Origin: an uncultured Thermoanaerobaculia bacterium
GTDB lineage: Bacteria > Acidobacteriota > Thermoanaerobaculia > Thermoanaerobaculales > Sulfomarinibacteraceae
Direction: 5' to 3'
Assembly: GCA_964438135.1 (NCBI GenBank)
Contig: CAYTJW010000002.1
Location: 1 to 57,567, forward strand
Length of the DNA stretch: 57,567 nt
Part shown: piece after piece, positions 17,490-26,262 of the stretch
Layout: every line of letters starts with the position of its first letter
How positions within the stretch are numbered: position 1 is the stretch's first letter
Translations under genes and position numbers: made by a program
Notes under the pieces: generated by a model
The model's database searches: none
The model's input: only the letters and a program-made list of their open reading frames with translations
What the model was told of the DNA's origin: nothing

Positions 17490-20400
17490 TCAGTCGAAGA
17501 GGGAGAGCTGGCCGGAGACCACGACCACCGGGCCAGGCCGCGGCTTCACCCGCGCCGCGTGGCGGTCGGCGGCCACCTGCTCCCAGAAGGCGCGGCGGCG
17601 CGCCTCCGCCTCGGGGTCGGCCACGGGCATCGGCACCACGATGGGCTGCGGGCTGGTCGGCACGGCGAGGACGCCTGGAGGTGCCTGGATCGCGGCCGGC
17701 CGCGGGAGGGCGAGCTGCGGGGTCGGCTCGGGGGCATCGGCCGCCTGCGGGAAGGCTAGCAGCGACACGCGCCGCGCGATCTCGAGCTGGACGTCGCCGG
17801 TGACGCGCTTCAGGAGGTCGGCCACGTCGGTGAAGCGGGCGCGGCCGTCGATGGCGTGGCGGATCGCCTCGGCCTTCTGGAACAGGATCTCGTGCATCAC
17901 CTGGTCGATGGTGTCGCGCGAGAGGAGGTAGGAGATCTCGACCACCCGGGTCTGGCCCGGTCGGTGGACGCGGTCCTCGGCCTGCTCGGTGGCCTCCGGG
18001 CTGTACTCGAGGTCGACCAGGACCACGTGGTTGGCTGCGGTGATCGTGAAGCCGCGATTCAAGCAGTTGAGCGAGGCGACGATCGCCGTGGTCTCGGGGT
18101 CGCGGGAGAACTCCTGGATCAGGTCGAAGCGCCTCGAGGTCGGCACGTCGGCCGTGATGGGGAGGATCTTGCAGCCGGCGCGCTTGAGGTGGGTCACGAT
18201 GGCGGCCACCATGACCCGGAGCCCCGAGAACACGATCGCCTTCTCGCCCTTGTCGCGGGCCGCCTTCACCAGCTCGCGGACCTTCTCGAGCTTGTTCCAA
18301 GTCGAAGCGTCGAGCACGCCGCGGTCGAGGTAGTCGACGGCCACCGGGCAGGTGGCGGCGTAGCGCAGCTTCCAGAGGGCGTTCGAGATGACCCCCATGT
18401 TGGGGTTGCCCTCGTTCTGCCGGAGCGCCTGCTGGATCTCGCGCTTGGCCCACTCGGCGTAGTCGCCGTACAGGGTCGCGTGGTCGCGGTCGAGGCCGAG
18501 CACGATCACCTGCCGCTTCTTCTCGGGGAGGGTGAAGATGTCGTCCTTCCGGCGCCGGACGGTGAATGAGGCCAGGAGCCGCCAGAAGCGGTTGAGGTTC
18601 GAGACCTCGGGCAGGAGCTTGGCCCGCCCCTCGTGGAGGCTCTCCTCGAACTGCCGGGTGACGAACTCGTAGGTGCCGAACTCGTCGAGGAAGCGCTTCG
18701 AGCCGCCCCGGTACGCGTAGGGGAAGAGCGGCGTGTCGAAGCCGAGCAGCCACGACACGTTCCAGAAGACGTCGATCGGGTAGCCCTTCATGAGGGTGCC
18801 GGTGAGGATGAGCTTGCCCTTGGGCCTCAGCGCCCGCACGGCCCGGCCGCGCAGCGTGTTCTTCGACTTGGCGACCTGGGCCTCGTCGACCAGCACGGCG
18901 CCGAAGAGCTTCCTCATCCGCTTGTAGGCCGGCCACTGGTGGACGTCCATGGAGACCGTCCACGCCTGGTAGCCGCAGGCGTTGCAGTGGCCGCCGGTCC
19001 AGAGCGCATCCTCGCCGCACTTCGGGCACGCCTTCACCACGTCGCTGTAGGCGCGCTTGCAGACGGAGCAGGTGGCCTTGCGGTTGTCGAGGACCTCGTG
19101 CTGGATCGAGCCGTCCTTGGCGAAGGAGCGGCACTCCCAGGAGTCGTAGGTGCGCGGCCCGGTGAGGGCGAGGAACTCGAACGAGGTGACGTAGAAGGTC
19201 GTCTGCTCCGGGTGGCGGCCGGCGCGCTTCTCCTCGGCGAGTCGGGAGACGAGGTGGTGGGAGGTGAGCCGCGAGGCGGGGAAGCCGAACGAGCCGAGCT
19301 CGTTGAGCCAGTTGTCGACGAGCGACGACTGGCAGACCACGAGCACGCGCTTGAAGCCGCGGGTGGCAGCCCAGGCGGCCGCGGTGACCGTCTTGCCGCC
19401 GCCCTGCTCGTAGCCGAGGTAGCCGAACGGCTTCACGGCCAGGCGGGCGACGTCCTCCTGCTGGAAGGGGAAGAGGAACGGGAAGCGTGCGGCCACGGTC
19501 CGCCGGTGCAGCTCGACCGAGCGTGGCACGGTAGCCTCGAGGTCGGGCGTGTCCGGCAGGGTGAATGCCTGGGTGAGGAGCGCGACGTCGTCGACCGAGA
19601 CCTCGCGGAACACCCGCGGGCCGGCGTCGGTGACGACGGCGAACGAGAGGTAGCCGCGGTCCACCGAGGTGGTGAGCTGGACCTCGCGGCGGGCGGTGTC
19701 GTCCCAGACGGTCTCAACCTTGGCGACCTCGCGGTTTCGGACCCACGACGGCCGCAGGTGGTACGACCGGCCGGCCGTGAAGAGCACGCTGTCCCCCTCG
19801 CGCACGGTCTCCTTGGCGGTGTACGACCGGTCCTCGATGTAGGCGAGCCGCTGGTGGGCCTGCGGGGGGTAGGTCGGCGTGCGGAGGAGCTGGTAGCGGC
19901 CCTGGAGCCGGGTGATGCGCTCCCGGTCGCGGTCCGTGATGGACGGCTCGAGTCCGAGGGCCGAGAGGGTAGCCGCGGCCGCCTCCGGGCCGAGGGTGAT
20001 GAGCGAGGCGGGCGAGAGCGTGGCCGAGACGACGCCGTGCTCGATACCGCGCACGGGGTCGAACGCGGTGACCGTCTCGTCGAGGAAACCGAGCAGGCTG
20101 GTGACGTCGGCGGCTGCAGTGACCCCTCGGGGGGTGACTCGCGCCGCTCTCGACGGCGTGACGGCGAAGAGCCGGGACAGCGCGGGAACGGGGGCCGGCA
20201 CGGACGGTGGGACCCGGTCGTTCTCCGGGTCGACGACCTGGGCGAACGCGGCGCGCACCGCCTCCTCCAGCCGACCGGGCTCGGCGGCGACGCGGAGCGG
20301 CCTCCAGGTCGAGCCTGCGTAGCGGGTCTCCCGCCGAGCGAGGATGAGGTCGACGTCCACCGCGATGCCGTACTCCTCCTCGAAGAGCCGCGGCAGCGTC

Positions 20401-21122
20401 ACCTGCGCCAGGCCGACGAAGTTCCTGAAGAGGTTCTCGCGCAGGGCGCGGTCCTTCAGGTTCTCGAAGGTCGAGGTGGGGATGATGGCGACCAGATACC
20501 CGCCGTAGGTGAGTGCCCGGGTGCAGACCTCGAGGGTCGCGCCTTGGCTCTCGATCAGGCCGCCTGAGGTCTCGCAGGTCCACGCCTCGCCGGGGTCGGG
20601 CGGGGTCCAGTAGATGCCGTACGGCGGGTTGGTGACGACGAGCGAGAAGCCGGTGAGCAGGTGGCGGTAGTCGAGGACGTCGCCGGTCCGTACCGCGCCG
20701 GCGCCGAGCGCCTTGGCGGCGTTGCGGGCTGCCAGCTCGTCGAGCTCGACCCCTAGCACCCGGGCGCCGGCCTCGGCCCAAGGGGCGAGAAGCCGGCCGG
20801 ACCCGCACGTGGGGTCGAGGACCGAGATCCCCTCTGCGCCTCGGTCCGGCAGCAGCGGGCGGAGCAGCTCGAGGAGCAGCTCGGCCAGCCAGAGGGGCGT
20901 GAAGTACTGGGCGTGCTTGCTCTTGTTGTACTGCCGGAACGACAGGGCGTGGTTCGCCTGGCGGCCCGCGTAGGCGGCGCCGTCCAGGGGGGCAGCTTCG
21001 GCCACGGTGGGCCTCCTTTCGCGGGCGTGGTCACGGGAGAAAGGGGCTGGCCGGGATCGTTCCCGGCCAGCCCCGAGGGGAGGGTGGGTGGATCGGTCAC
21101 CTCGACGCCGCGACCCGGTCAT
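17490..21122 (-). CDS. Fusion of an N6-adenine DNA methyltransferase and an SNF2-family helicase (conjugative-element type)
   Basis: Track ORF of 1210 aa. MTase motif I is LDPTCGSGRLL and motif IV VVTNPPYG. The SNF2 motifs are GGGKT, VLVDEAQVAKS and EDRVHRPGQTR. The overlapping ORFs 17212..19134, 18633..20567 and 19714..20808 are shadows. Confidence 0.9.
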   Translation of the reverse strand: MTGSRRRGDRSTHPPLGAGRERSRPAPFSRDHARERRPTVAEAAPLDGAAYAGRQANHALSFRQYNKSKHAQYFTPLWLAELLLELLRPLLPDRGAEGISVLDPTCGSGRLLAPWAEAGARVLGVELDELAARNAAKALGAGAVRTGDVLDYRHLLTGFSLVVTNPPYGIYWTPPDPGEAWTCETSGGLIESQGATLEVCTRALTYGGYLVAIIPTSTFENLKDRALRENLFRNFVGLAQVTLPRLFEEEYGIAVDVDLILARRETRYAGSTWRPLRVAAEPGRLEEAVRAAFAQVVDPENDRVPPSVPAPVPALSRLFAVTPSRAARVTPRGVTAAADVTSLLGFLDETVTAFDPVRGIEHGVVSATLSPASLITLGPEAAAATLSALGLEPSITDRDRERITRLQGRYQLLRTPTYPPQAHQRLAYIEDRSYTAKETVREGDSVLFTAGRSYHLRPSWVRNREVAKVETVWDDTARREVQLTTSVDRGYLSFAVVTDAGPRVFREVSVDDVALLTQAFTLPDTPDLEATVPRSVELHRRTVAARFPFLFPFQQEDVARLAVKPFGYLGYEQGGGKTVTAAAWAATRGFKRVLVVCQSSLVDNWLNELGSFGFPASRLTSHHLVSRLAEEKRAGRHPEQTTFYVTSFEFLALTGPRTYDSWECRSFAKDGSIQHEVLDNRKATCSVCKRAYSDVVKACPKCGEDALWTGGHCNACGYQAWTVSMDVHQWPAYKRMRKLFGAVLVDEAQVAKSKNTLRGRAVRALRPKGKLILTGTLMKGYPIDVFWNVSWLLGFDTPLFPYAYRGGSKRFLDEFGTYEFVTRQFEESLHEGRAKLLPEVSNLNRFWRLLASFTVRRRKDDIFTLPEKKRQVIVLGLDRDHATLYGDYAEWAKREIQQALRQNEGNPNMGVISNALWKLRYAATCPVAVDYLDRGVLDASTWNKLEKVRELVKAARDKGEKAIVFSGLRVMVAAIVTHLKRAGCKILPITADVPTSRRFDLIQEFSRDPETTAIVASLNCLNRGFTITAANHVVLVDLEYSPEATEQAEDRVHRPGQTRVVEISYLLSRDTIDQVMHEILFQKAEAIRHAIDGRARFTDVADLLKRVTGDVQLEIARRVSLLAFPQAADAPEPTPQLALPRPAAIQAPPGVLAVPTSPQPIVVPMPVADPEAEARRRAFWEQVAADRHAARVKPRPGPVVVVSGQLSLFD

Positions 21123-21379
21123 GGCGCCGCTTCACCGTTGGCGAGGTGCTCGAGCGTCTGCTCGAACGCCTGGCAGGCTTCCGCGATGGATGCGGCTCGG
21201 GCGCGGAGCACCGGCTCCTGGGCCGCGCGGTCGCGGCGCATCACCGGAGTGCCGGCCGTTTGGCCGCAGGTGTGGAAGGTGGCGATCCAGGAGGCGCCGC
21301 AGAGGGAGGAAGGCGGCGTGCGTCGTCCAGACGACCTGGCTTGGTAGGAGGGGGCGGCGAGATGTGGAGCCGAGGCCGC
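21119..21379 (-). pseudogene. Stop-to-stop frame paralogous to 22032..22289 but lacking an N-terminal start codon; possibly frameshifted
   Basis: The frame reads ...CGASWIATFHTCGQTAGTPVMRRDRAAQEP...EHLANGEAAP. Compare TWIATFHTCGDTVGIAVMRPGHEG in 22032..22289. The DNA word GCAGGTGTGGAAGGTGGCGATCCAGG occurs at both loci. The only in-frame GTG/ATG codons are mid-ORF. Its TGA overlaps ATG 21122 of the MTase-helicase gene as ATGA. Confidence 0.3.
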
Positions 21380-21559
21380 TCAGGCGACGAGCCCCATCAG
21401 TACCAGCTCCTCGGCGCCGTAGACCGCGCAGGCGCCGCATGCCTCGCACTCGTACTCGCGAGCGTCAGGCTCCACGCCGTACGCGGCGGCGCCGCAGGCG
21501 GTACAGAAGCCGCCGCTGTCTTCGATCGCTTCCTCGATCTGCTCGAGGGAGAACTCCAT
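21380..21559 (-). CDS. 59-aa CxxC...CxxC zinc-ribbon protein (below the ORF-track length cut-off)
   Basis: Hand translation gives MEFSLEQIEEAIEDSGGFCTACGAAAYGVEPDAREYECEACGACAVYGAEELVLMGLVA. GAGGAG lies 7 nt upstream of ATG 21559. Confidence 0.5.
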   Translation of the reverse strand: MEFSLEQIEEAIEDSGGFCTACGAAAYGVEPDAREYECEACGACAVYGAEELVLMGLVA

Positions 21560-21645
21560 GGTTGGTCTCCTCTCTCATGTTTGGTGTGTTGGAACGGGGC
21601 TTCTCCGCGTGACGCGAGCCGCGTCTATCTGAGGCGACCCGGTCG

Positions 21646-21972
21646 TTACAGGCAGCAGTCCTTGATCGCCCTCTCCGCGACCGGAAACGAGAGGTCGCGC
21701 TCGATGCCCAGGCCGAAGCGGCCGGTGACGGCCTCGAGCTCGGAGAGGGCGGCGTACCCCCACTCGTCGAGGTCCGCGCCGAGCGGCGAGACGCAGTAGC
21801 CGAACAGGAGGAAGTCGTCCCCGTCGGGCTGGCCCTCGGTGGCGTAGAACGTGAACCGGCCGCTGGGGTCGAAGTACTTCGCGACGACGAGGGCGCTGTC
21901 GCGCTTCGTGTCCTGGGAGCGCAGCGGGAACTTCTCGAACGCTGCGCGAAGCTCGTTGGTGAGCAGTTGCAT
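21646..21972 (-). CDS. DUF2958-family protein (copy 2)
   Basis: Internal ATG at 21972 of track ORF 21646..22692. The sequence is MQLLTNELRAAFEKFPLRSQDTKRDSALVVAKYFDPSGRFTFYATEGQ...LFGYC...EWGYAALSELEAVTGRFGLGIERD, a paralogue of 7965..8354. Confidence 0.8.
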   Translation of the reverse strand: MQLLTNELRAAFEKFPLRSQDTKRDSALVVAKYFDPSGRFTFYATEGQPDGDDFLLFGYCVSPLGADLDEWGYAALSELEAVTGRFGLGIERDLSFPVAERAIKDCCL

Positions 21973-22031
21973 GACGTGGTTCCTTTCGGTCGCGCGGGTG
22001 AACCCAGCCCGGGGTGGGCCCCGGGAGCGGG

Positions 22032-22289
22032 CTATGCAGGCTGGGGGTCCGTGTTCGCGAGGGCGGCGAGGGCGTCCCGGGAAGCACGATGCGCCCGCAG
22101 GACCTGAGGGACCCGCTGGCGGAGGAGCGTCTCGGCCCCCTCGTGGCCAGGGCGCATGACCGCGATGCCGACCGTGTCGCCGCAGGTGTGGAAGGTGGCG
22201 ATCCAGGTCGCGTCCTGATGGAAGGTGACGCGCGTCGTCCCGGGCTCGCTTCCTTCGGCGAGCCGGACGGTGAGTCGATCGCTGTCCAT
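22032..22289 (-). CDS. Hypothetical protein
   Basis: Track ORF of 85 aa with protein-like composition. A partial paralogue lies at 21119..21379. Confidence 0.5.
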   Translation of the reverse strand: MDSDRLTVRLAEGSEPGTTRVTFHQDATWIATFHTCGDTVGIAVMRPGHEGAETLLRQRVPQVLRAHRASRDALAALANTDPQPA

Positions 22290-22292
22290 GGC

Positions 22293-22568
22293 TCAGGACA
22301 CCTGCCGGATCGTGCCGAGGCAGCGCCGGCATGGAATCCACGAGCGCGAGCCGATTCGGCACAGCTCGCCCGGGACCTTCCGCCTGCCGCAGGTGCATCG
22401 CCCGGATGCCGCCGCTCGGTGCCGCGCCCTCGTGCAGTCCAGGCAGACGGTCCAGCGCTGCGCTTCCACCGGGTTGAGGGGCCGCCCGCAGCCGTCGCAG
22501 GTCGCGGGCGGTGCCGCGGTCGCCTCGGGATGGCTGGGGCTTGGATCGTCGTAGGTTTCCTTGGTCAC
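22293..22568 (-). CDS. Small Cys-rich (zinc-finger-like) protein
   Basis: This is the C-terminal part of track ORF 22293..23177. GTG 22568 overlaps the upstream stop as GTGA. It contains CDGCG...CLDC...CTCG...CRRC. Confidence 0.45.
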   Translation of the reverse strand: MTKETYDDPSPSHPEATAAPPATCDGCGRPLNPVEAQRWTVCLDCTRARHRAAASGRCTCGRRKVPGELCRIGSRSWIPCRRCLGTIRQVS

Positions 22569-23086
22569 TGGATGCTCCCTTCGTCGACGCCGAGGACGCG
22601 AGCGGCGTGGTCGGCCCCGAAGTAGGACGGCAGGTCCAGCACGAGCAGGACGCCGTCGGTGAGGCCCCGGTCCTGGTGCCGGTCGAGGACACGCGGGCCC
22701 GGGATGTCCCAGGTCACCGCGAGGTCCTCTGCGCGTGCGGCCAGAGTGCGAGTGTCGGCAGGGTGGCCGAAGCGACGGGCGAGGTACTGGAGCGCGAGGA
22801 AGAGTGAGCCCGAGAGCGACGCTCCAAGGAAGGCGAGCTTCCTGGCGGCGTCCACGCGGTAGTCGAACCACGGGTGCCGCCAGGCGGTGGTGATTCGGTG
22901 CTGGCCGTCTCGGCCACCCTTCACGACCCAGTCGTTGTTCGGGAGATCCTCCTTGGCGAGCGCGGTCAGGCCGGCGACCTGGAGGAAGAGCGGGCCGCTC
23001 CTGCCGCCGTCGAACCACCGGTAGACGACATAGTCCTTGCCGTTGATGACCGCGTACGGGCGGTCGCGGATGGAGACGAGGTGCAT
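22565..23086 (-). CDS. Hypothetical protein; first gene of the leftward operon
   Basis: Track ORF of 173 aa. AAGGAGG lies 6 nt before ATG 23086. No family was recognised. Confidence 0.6.
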   Translation of the reverse strand: MHLVSIRDRPYAVINGKDYVVYRWFDGGRSGPLFLQVAGLTALAKEDLPNNDWVVKGGRDGQHRITTAWRHPWFDYRVDAARKLAFLGASLSGSLFLALQYLARRFGHPADTRTLAARAEDLAVTWDIPGPRVLDRHQDRGLTDGVLLVLDLPSYFGADHAARVLGVDEGSIQ

Positions 23087-23337
23087 GGGATACCTCCTTC
23101 GGGTGCACTCGGGGCGACGGCACCCTCGGGCGGCCGGCGCGCGCGGTCGGCAGGAAGCCGCTGGGCGCCGCGGTCATGCGGGCCCGCTAAGGAGCGCCGC
23201 GTCGGCCGCCAGAGAGGGTCCTCGCTCGAGGTGGACCCGATGGAGGTGAGGCCGGGTTGTGAAGGGGCACCCGTTCAGCCGGGCGCCCGGAGTGAACCCC
23301 GATCGGGGCGCCCTCTTCGAGGCGACAGGTGCTGGTC

Positions 23338-23352
23338 GTGACAGGCTGTCAC
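23338..23352. promoter_or_regulatory. Palindrome GTGACAG-G-CTGTCAC (GTGAC-N5-GTCAC)
   Basis: The 7-bp arms are perfect. It lies in the 318-bp gap upstream of the leftward operon. Confidence 0.3.
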
Positions 23353-23392
23353 ACCGCATCGACCGGTCGGCCGCAGCACGAGCACGACCGCG

Positions 23393-23409
23393 TGTGACGC
23401 CGCGTCACA
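23393..23409. promoter_or_regulatory. Palindrome TGTGACGC-C-GCGTCACA (again GTGAC-N5-GTCAC)
   Basis: The 8-bp arms are perfect. It has the same half-sites and spacing as the palindrome 56 bp to its left. It overlaps the stop codon of the replication-relaxation gene. Confidence 0.3.
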
Positions 23410-24247
23410 GCCGCGGTGGGCCGCACGCGACGAGCCCGCCGGCATCCGGGCTGTCCACCTCGACGGACGCGAAGTGGAAGATCGACCCCGCAAGCCTCTC
23501 GCTGGCGCAGCGCCCGAGCTCTACGAGCCGCTGGGCGGTCGCGGACGGATCGCCGGTGCGGACCGTCACCAAGACGCGGAAAGCCCGGAACCCGGTCAGC
23601 TCGGCGAGGAGTGCGGGTCGCTGAGCGAGCTGCCGGTAGCGGTCGACCTTGCTGAGGCGGAAGTGACGCAGGCTTTCGCCGCCCCGGTCGTGCTCGACGA
23701 AGACGAGCGCGGACGGCCCGCTCTCGCTAGCGAGCACCACCACCCCGTCCGGCTGCGGGAGGGCGACGCCGTGCGATGCCATCGGCAGGGGGCGGTTCCA
23801 CGACGACGCCCACACGACGGCGAGCGCCGGGTCGACCTGTAAGGAGAGCAGGACGTCGTTCACCTCCGCCAGGTGGCGGAGCCACGGGGGGACGACTCCG
23901 CGCACGAGCGGGAGCGGTCGCCGGCCGTCTCGCCGCAGCATGGTGCCCACGAGCTGCGCGTAGGGGTGGGCCGCGACCTGCGCCTCGATGCGCTCGAGCG
24001 CCCACAGTAGCCCCGGGGTCGTCGGGACCACGAACCGGGGGCGCCCCCCGAGCGCGACCGGCTGGTCCCAGGTCGTCAGCCATCCGCCCCGAACGAGGGT
24101 GGCGATGCGACGGCTCACCTGAGACCTGTGCAGGCCCGGGAACACGAGTCGGCCGAGCTGGAAGAGCGACAGGACCCGGTGGCGGGCGAGGCGGATGAGC
24201 ACGGCGCGGTCGCGGGCGAGCGCGGGACCCGTGCCGTGTGCGCGCAC
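23405..24247 (-). CDS. Replication-relaxation family protein (start uncertain)
   Basis: This is the C-terminal 280 aa of track ORF 23405..24802. The motifs are RHRVLSLFQLGRLVF, LRHLAEVNDVLLSL, LPQPDGVVVL and FVEHDRGGES, as in the Replic_Relax family. GTG 24247 is the first plausible start. The upstream part of the track ORF looks non-coding. Confidence 0.65.
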   Translation of the reverse strand: MRAHGTGPALARDRAVLIRLARHRVLSLFQLGRLVFPGLHRSQVSRRIATLVRGGWLTTWDQPVALGGRPRFVVPTTPGLLWALERIEAQVAAHPYAQLVGTMLRRDGRRPLPLVRGVVPPWLRHLAEVNDVLLSLQVDPALAVVWASSWNRPLPMASHGVALPQPDGVVVLASESGPSALVFVEHDRGGESLRHFRLSKVDRYRQLAQRPALLAELTGFRAFRVLVTVRTGDPSATAQRLVELGRCASERLAGSIFHFASVEVDSPDAGGLVACGPPRL

Positions 24248-24591
24248 GCGGCCGGCGTCCGAGGCCGCACACCTAGGCGTGCGGCTCGGTGGCGGGCTCT
24301 CGGCGTAGGCTCGCGCACCGCCGGGCGAGGCGCTGCGGTGAACGATGTGCTCTTCGCCGCGTTCACTTGCTGCGTCAGGGTGCACCGGCGGGCGGGCGGA
24401 GGGGGGAGCCACGACGCAACCGTGGACCGACCTCGAGCGTAGCGCGACGCCGGCGGTGGTCGACGTGACGCGCCGACACCACGCCGCGCGCGGTGCGGGA
24501 GAGCTGCTGTGGCCGGGTGCGTGACTGCGCGCCACAACCCCGACACAGCGGAGGCCGTCGTCTGGAAGGACCAGGCTCGCGCTGCATAGGC

Positions 24592-24620
24592 TTGACAGTT
24601 CTCCGTATTGGTGGCATAGA
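24592..24620 (+). promoter_or_regulatory. Weak candidate promoter (TTGACA-N17-CATAGA) for the rightward operon
   Basis: A perfect -35 hexamer lies at 24592-24597, but the -10 is poor. It sits in the divergent region between 24247 and 24810. Confidence 0.2.
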
Positions 24621-24809
24621 TCCCGTACCTCTTCGACGACTGTAACTCTCACCAGGACACTCGTTTGACGTGATGTCACAAGCGCGGGGGCTTCCGCGAG
24701 GGAAGGACGGCCAGACACGCCGGGACTGGCCGTCACCGTTCGGGGCGTGGCGCTCGCAGCCTGCCGGGGTGTGCCCCAGGATGCGGACGCCTCCCCCCGC
24801 ATGCCCTAG

Positions 24810-25508
24810 ATGCCCCCCGCGCCCGACATCTTCCGCGAGATCGACCGCCTCGCCCGGCGGCGTGGATGGACCCAGGCGGAGCTGGCGCGCCAGCTCGGGA
24901 TCGACCGCAGCCTGCTCGTCCACCTGCGCGCCGGCAGGCGGATGCCGAGTACCCGGTTCTTGGCCAAGGCCGCCCGCGCTTTCGCCGAGGAGGCGTCGCT
25001 GCGCGACACGCTCTGGCACTACCTGCTCTACGAGCTGCCCGTCGGCCCTGAGGAGGCGGTGGTGCGCGCCGACCGGAGCGCCGCCGACCTCCCGCCCGAG
25101 GCGGAGCGCAGCCTGCGCGCCTACGTCCGCACCTTCCCGCACCACCTCGTCGACGGCCGCGGGCTCGTCATCCGGTGCAGCGACGCGTCGCTGCTGTCCG
25201 CCGCCGCGTCCTTCGTCGCCGAGTCGCTCCGCCGCGGCGGCGTCGTGGTCGCCCAGCGCGCCGCCCACCTGGGGGTCCTGCCGTCGGAGGCTGCCGCCCT
25301 CCGCCGGGCGCGGCTCGTCGTGGTGGAGCGCGCCGAGTACGCCTCGGCCGCCGTACAGGACCTCCTCGCCGAACGCCTGGACCTGGAGCGCCCGGTCGTC
25401 GTCACCACCGCCACCCCACTCTCCGGGCGGCTCGAGGACGACCTCGTGCGCGTGCTCGGCCGCCGCTGCTCCGAGGTACAGATCACACCGCGAACGCCCG
25501 ATGCCTGA
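24810..25508 (+). CDS. XRE-type HTH protein with an uncharacterised C-terminal domain
   Basis: Track ORF of 232 aa with the HTH RRGWTQAELARQLGIDRSLLVHLRAGRR. Confidence 0.7.
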   Translation: MPPAPDIFREIDRLARRRGWTQAELARQLGIDRSLLVHLRAGRRMPSTRFLAKAARAFAEEASLRDTLWHYLLYELPVGPEEAVVRADRSAADLPPEAERSLRAYVRTFPHHLVDGRGLVIRCSDASLLSAAASFVAESLRRGGVVVAQRAAHLGVLPSEAAALRRARLVVVERAEYASAAVQDLLAERLDLERPVVVTTATPLSGRLEDDLVRVLGRRCSEVQITPRTPDA

Positions 25509-26262
25509 CGACGGCGCCCTCGCCATCAGCCGGCTCCGCCCCGAGCGACCGCTCGGCCTGCCCGCCCTCGCGGTGGACCTCGGGAGCTTCCTCGCCACCG
25601 CCCGCGAGGTCGGCGCGGACGCCCTGCTGCTGCTCCTCACCGCCCGCGCGCTGGCGATGCGGCGTCACGGCCGCGTGCCGCTCGACGAGCTGCGGTGGGT
25701 GCTCGGGGCGAGCCGCCGCACGATCCGCCGGTGGCTCGACGCCCTGGAGCGCTCGGGCCTCGCCGTCTGGCACGACGAGCGCGGCCTCCTGCGCGTCGAC
25801 GTGGCCTCGACCGAGACCGAGCGGACGCTCTTCGCACCCGAGGACGCGCCGGGGGTCGTCCACCGCATCCCGACCTTCTGGTTCGTCCGGACGCTGCCGC
25901 TGGTCGGCCGGCGGGCCTTCCTGGTCTACCTGTACCTGCGCAGCCGCGAGCGCGCGGCCGGCCTCACCGCGCCGCTGACGCTCGGCATGGTGGCCAGGGC
26001 CTGCGGGATTCGCTCCCCGCGGCAGGCGGCCTGGGCACTCGGCCGTCTCCGGCGCGCCGGGCTGGTCACCACAGCCGGTGGTCACGGGCGCTTCCTGCTC
26101 ACCGACCCGCCGCCGCTGCGCAGGTGGGAGCGGCTGCTGCTGCTCTGGCGGGCGAGCGGCGCGTTCCCCGCAACCCGGCTCGGTTGCGCCGTGCTCGAGG
26201 TCGGCGCGCTGCTCGCCGCCGTCGTCGCCGGGGCGATCGTGTACCTCACCCTCCGGCGATGA
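25501..26262 (+). CDS. Hypothetical protein with winged-helix-like segments and a C-terminal transmembrane helix
   Basis: Internal ATG 25501 of track ORF 24670..26262 overlaps the upstream stop by 8 nt. It contains LGASRRTIRRWLDALERSGL and a C-terminal segment AVLEVGALLAAVVAGAIVYL. Confidence 0.55.
   Translation: MPDDGALAISRLRPERPLGLPALAVDLGSFLATAREVGADALLLLLTARALAMRRHGRVPLDELRWVLGASRRTIRRWLDALERSGLAVWHDERGLLRVDVASTETERTLFAPEDAPGVVHRIPTFWFVRTLPLVGRRAFLVYLYLRSRERAAGLTAPLTLGMVARACGIRSPRQAAWALGRLRRAGLVTTAGGHGRFLLTDPPPLRRWERLLLLWRASGAFPATRLGCAVLEVGALLAAVVAGAIVYLTLRR

Noticed and set aside
17212-20808. ORFs 17212..19134, 18633..20567 and 19714..20808 inside the MTase-SNF2 gene
   Set aside because: They are Arg/Pro/Gly-rich shadows. 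The 17490..21122 frame carries both the methyltransferase and the SNF2 motif sets.
23405-24802. The full 465-aa version of the replication-relaxation ORF
   Set aside because: Family-like sequence begins only near GTG 24247. The upstream 185 aa are Ser/Arg/Pro/Ala-rich and cover what looks like the divergent promoter region.
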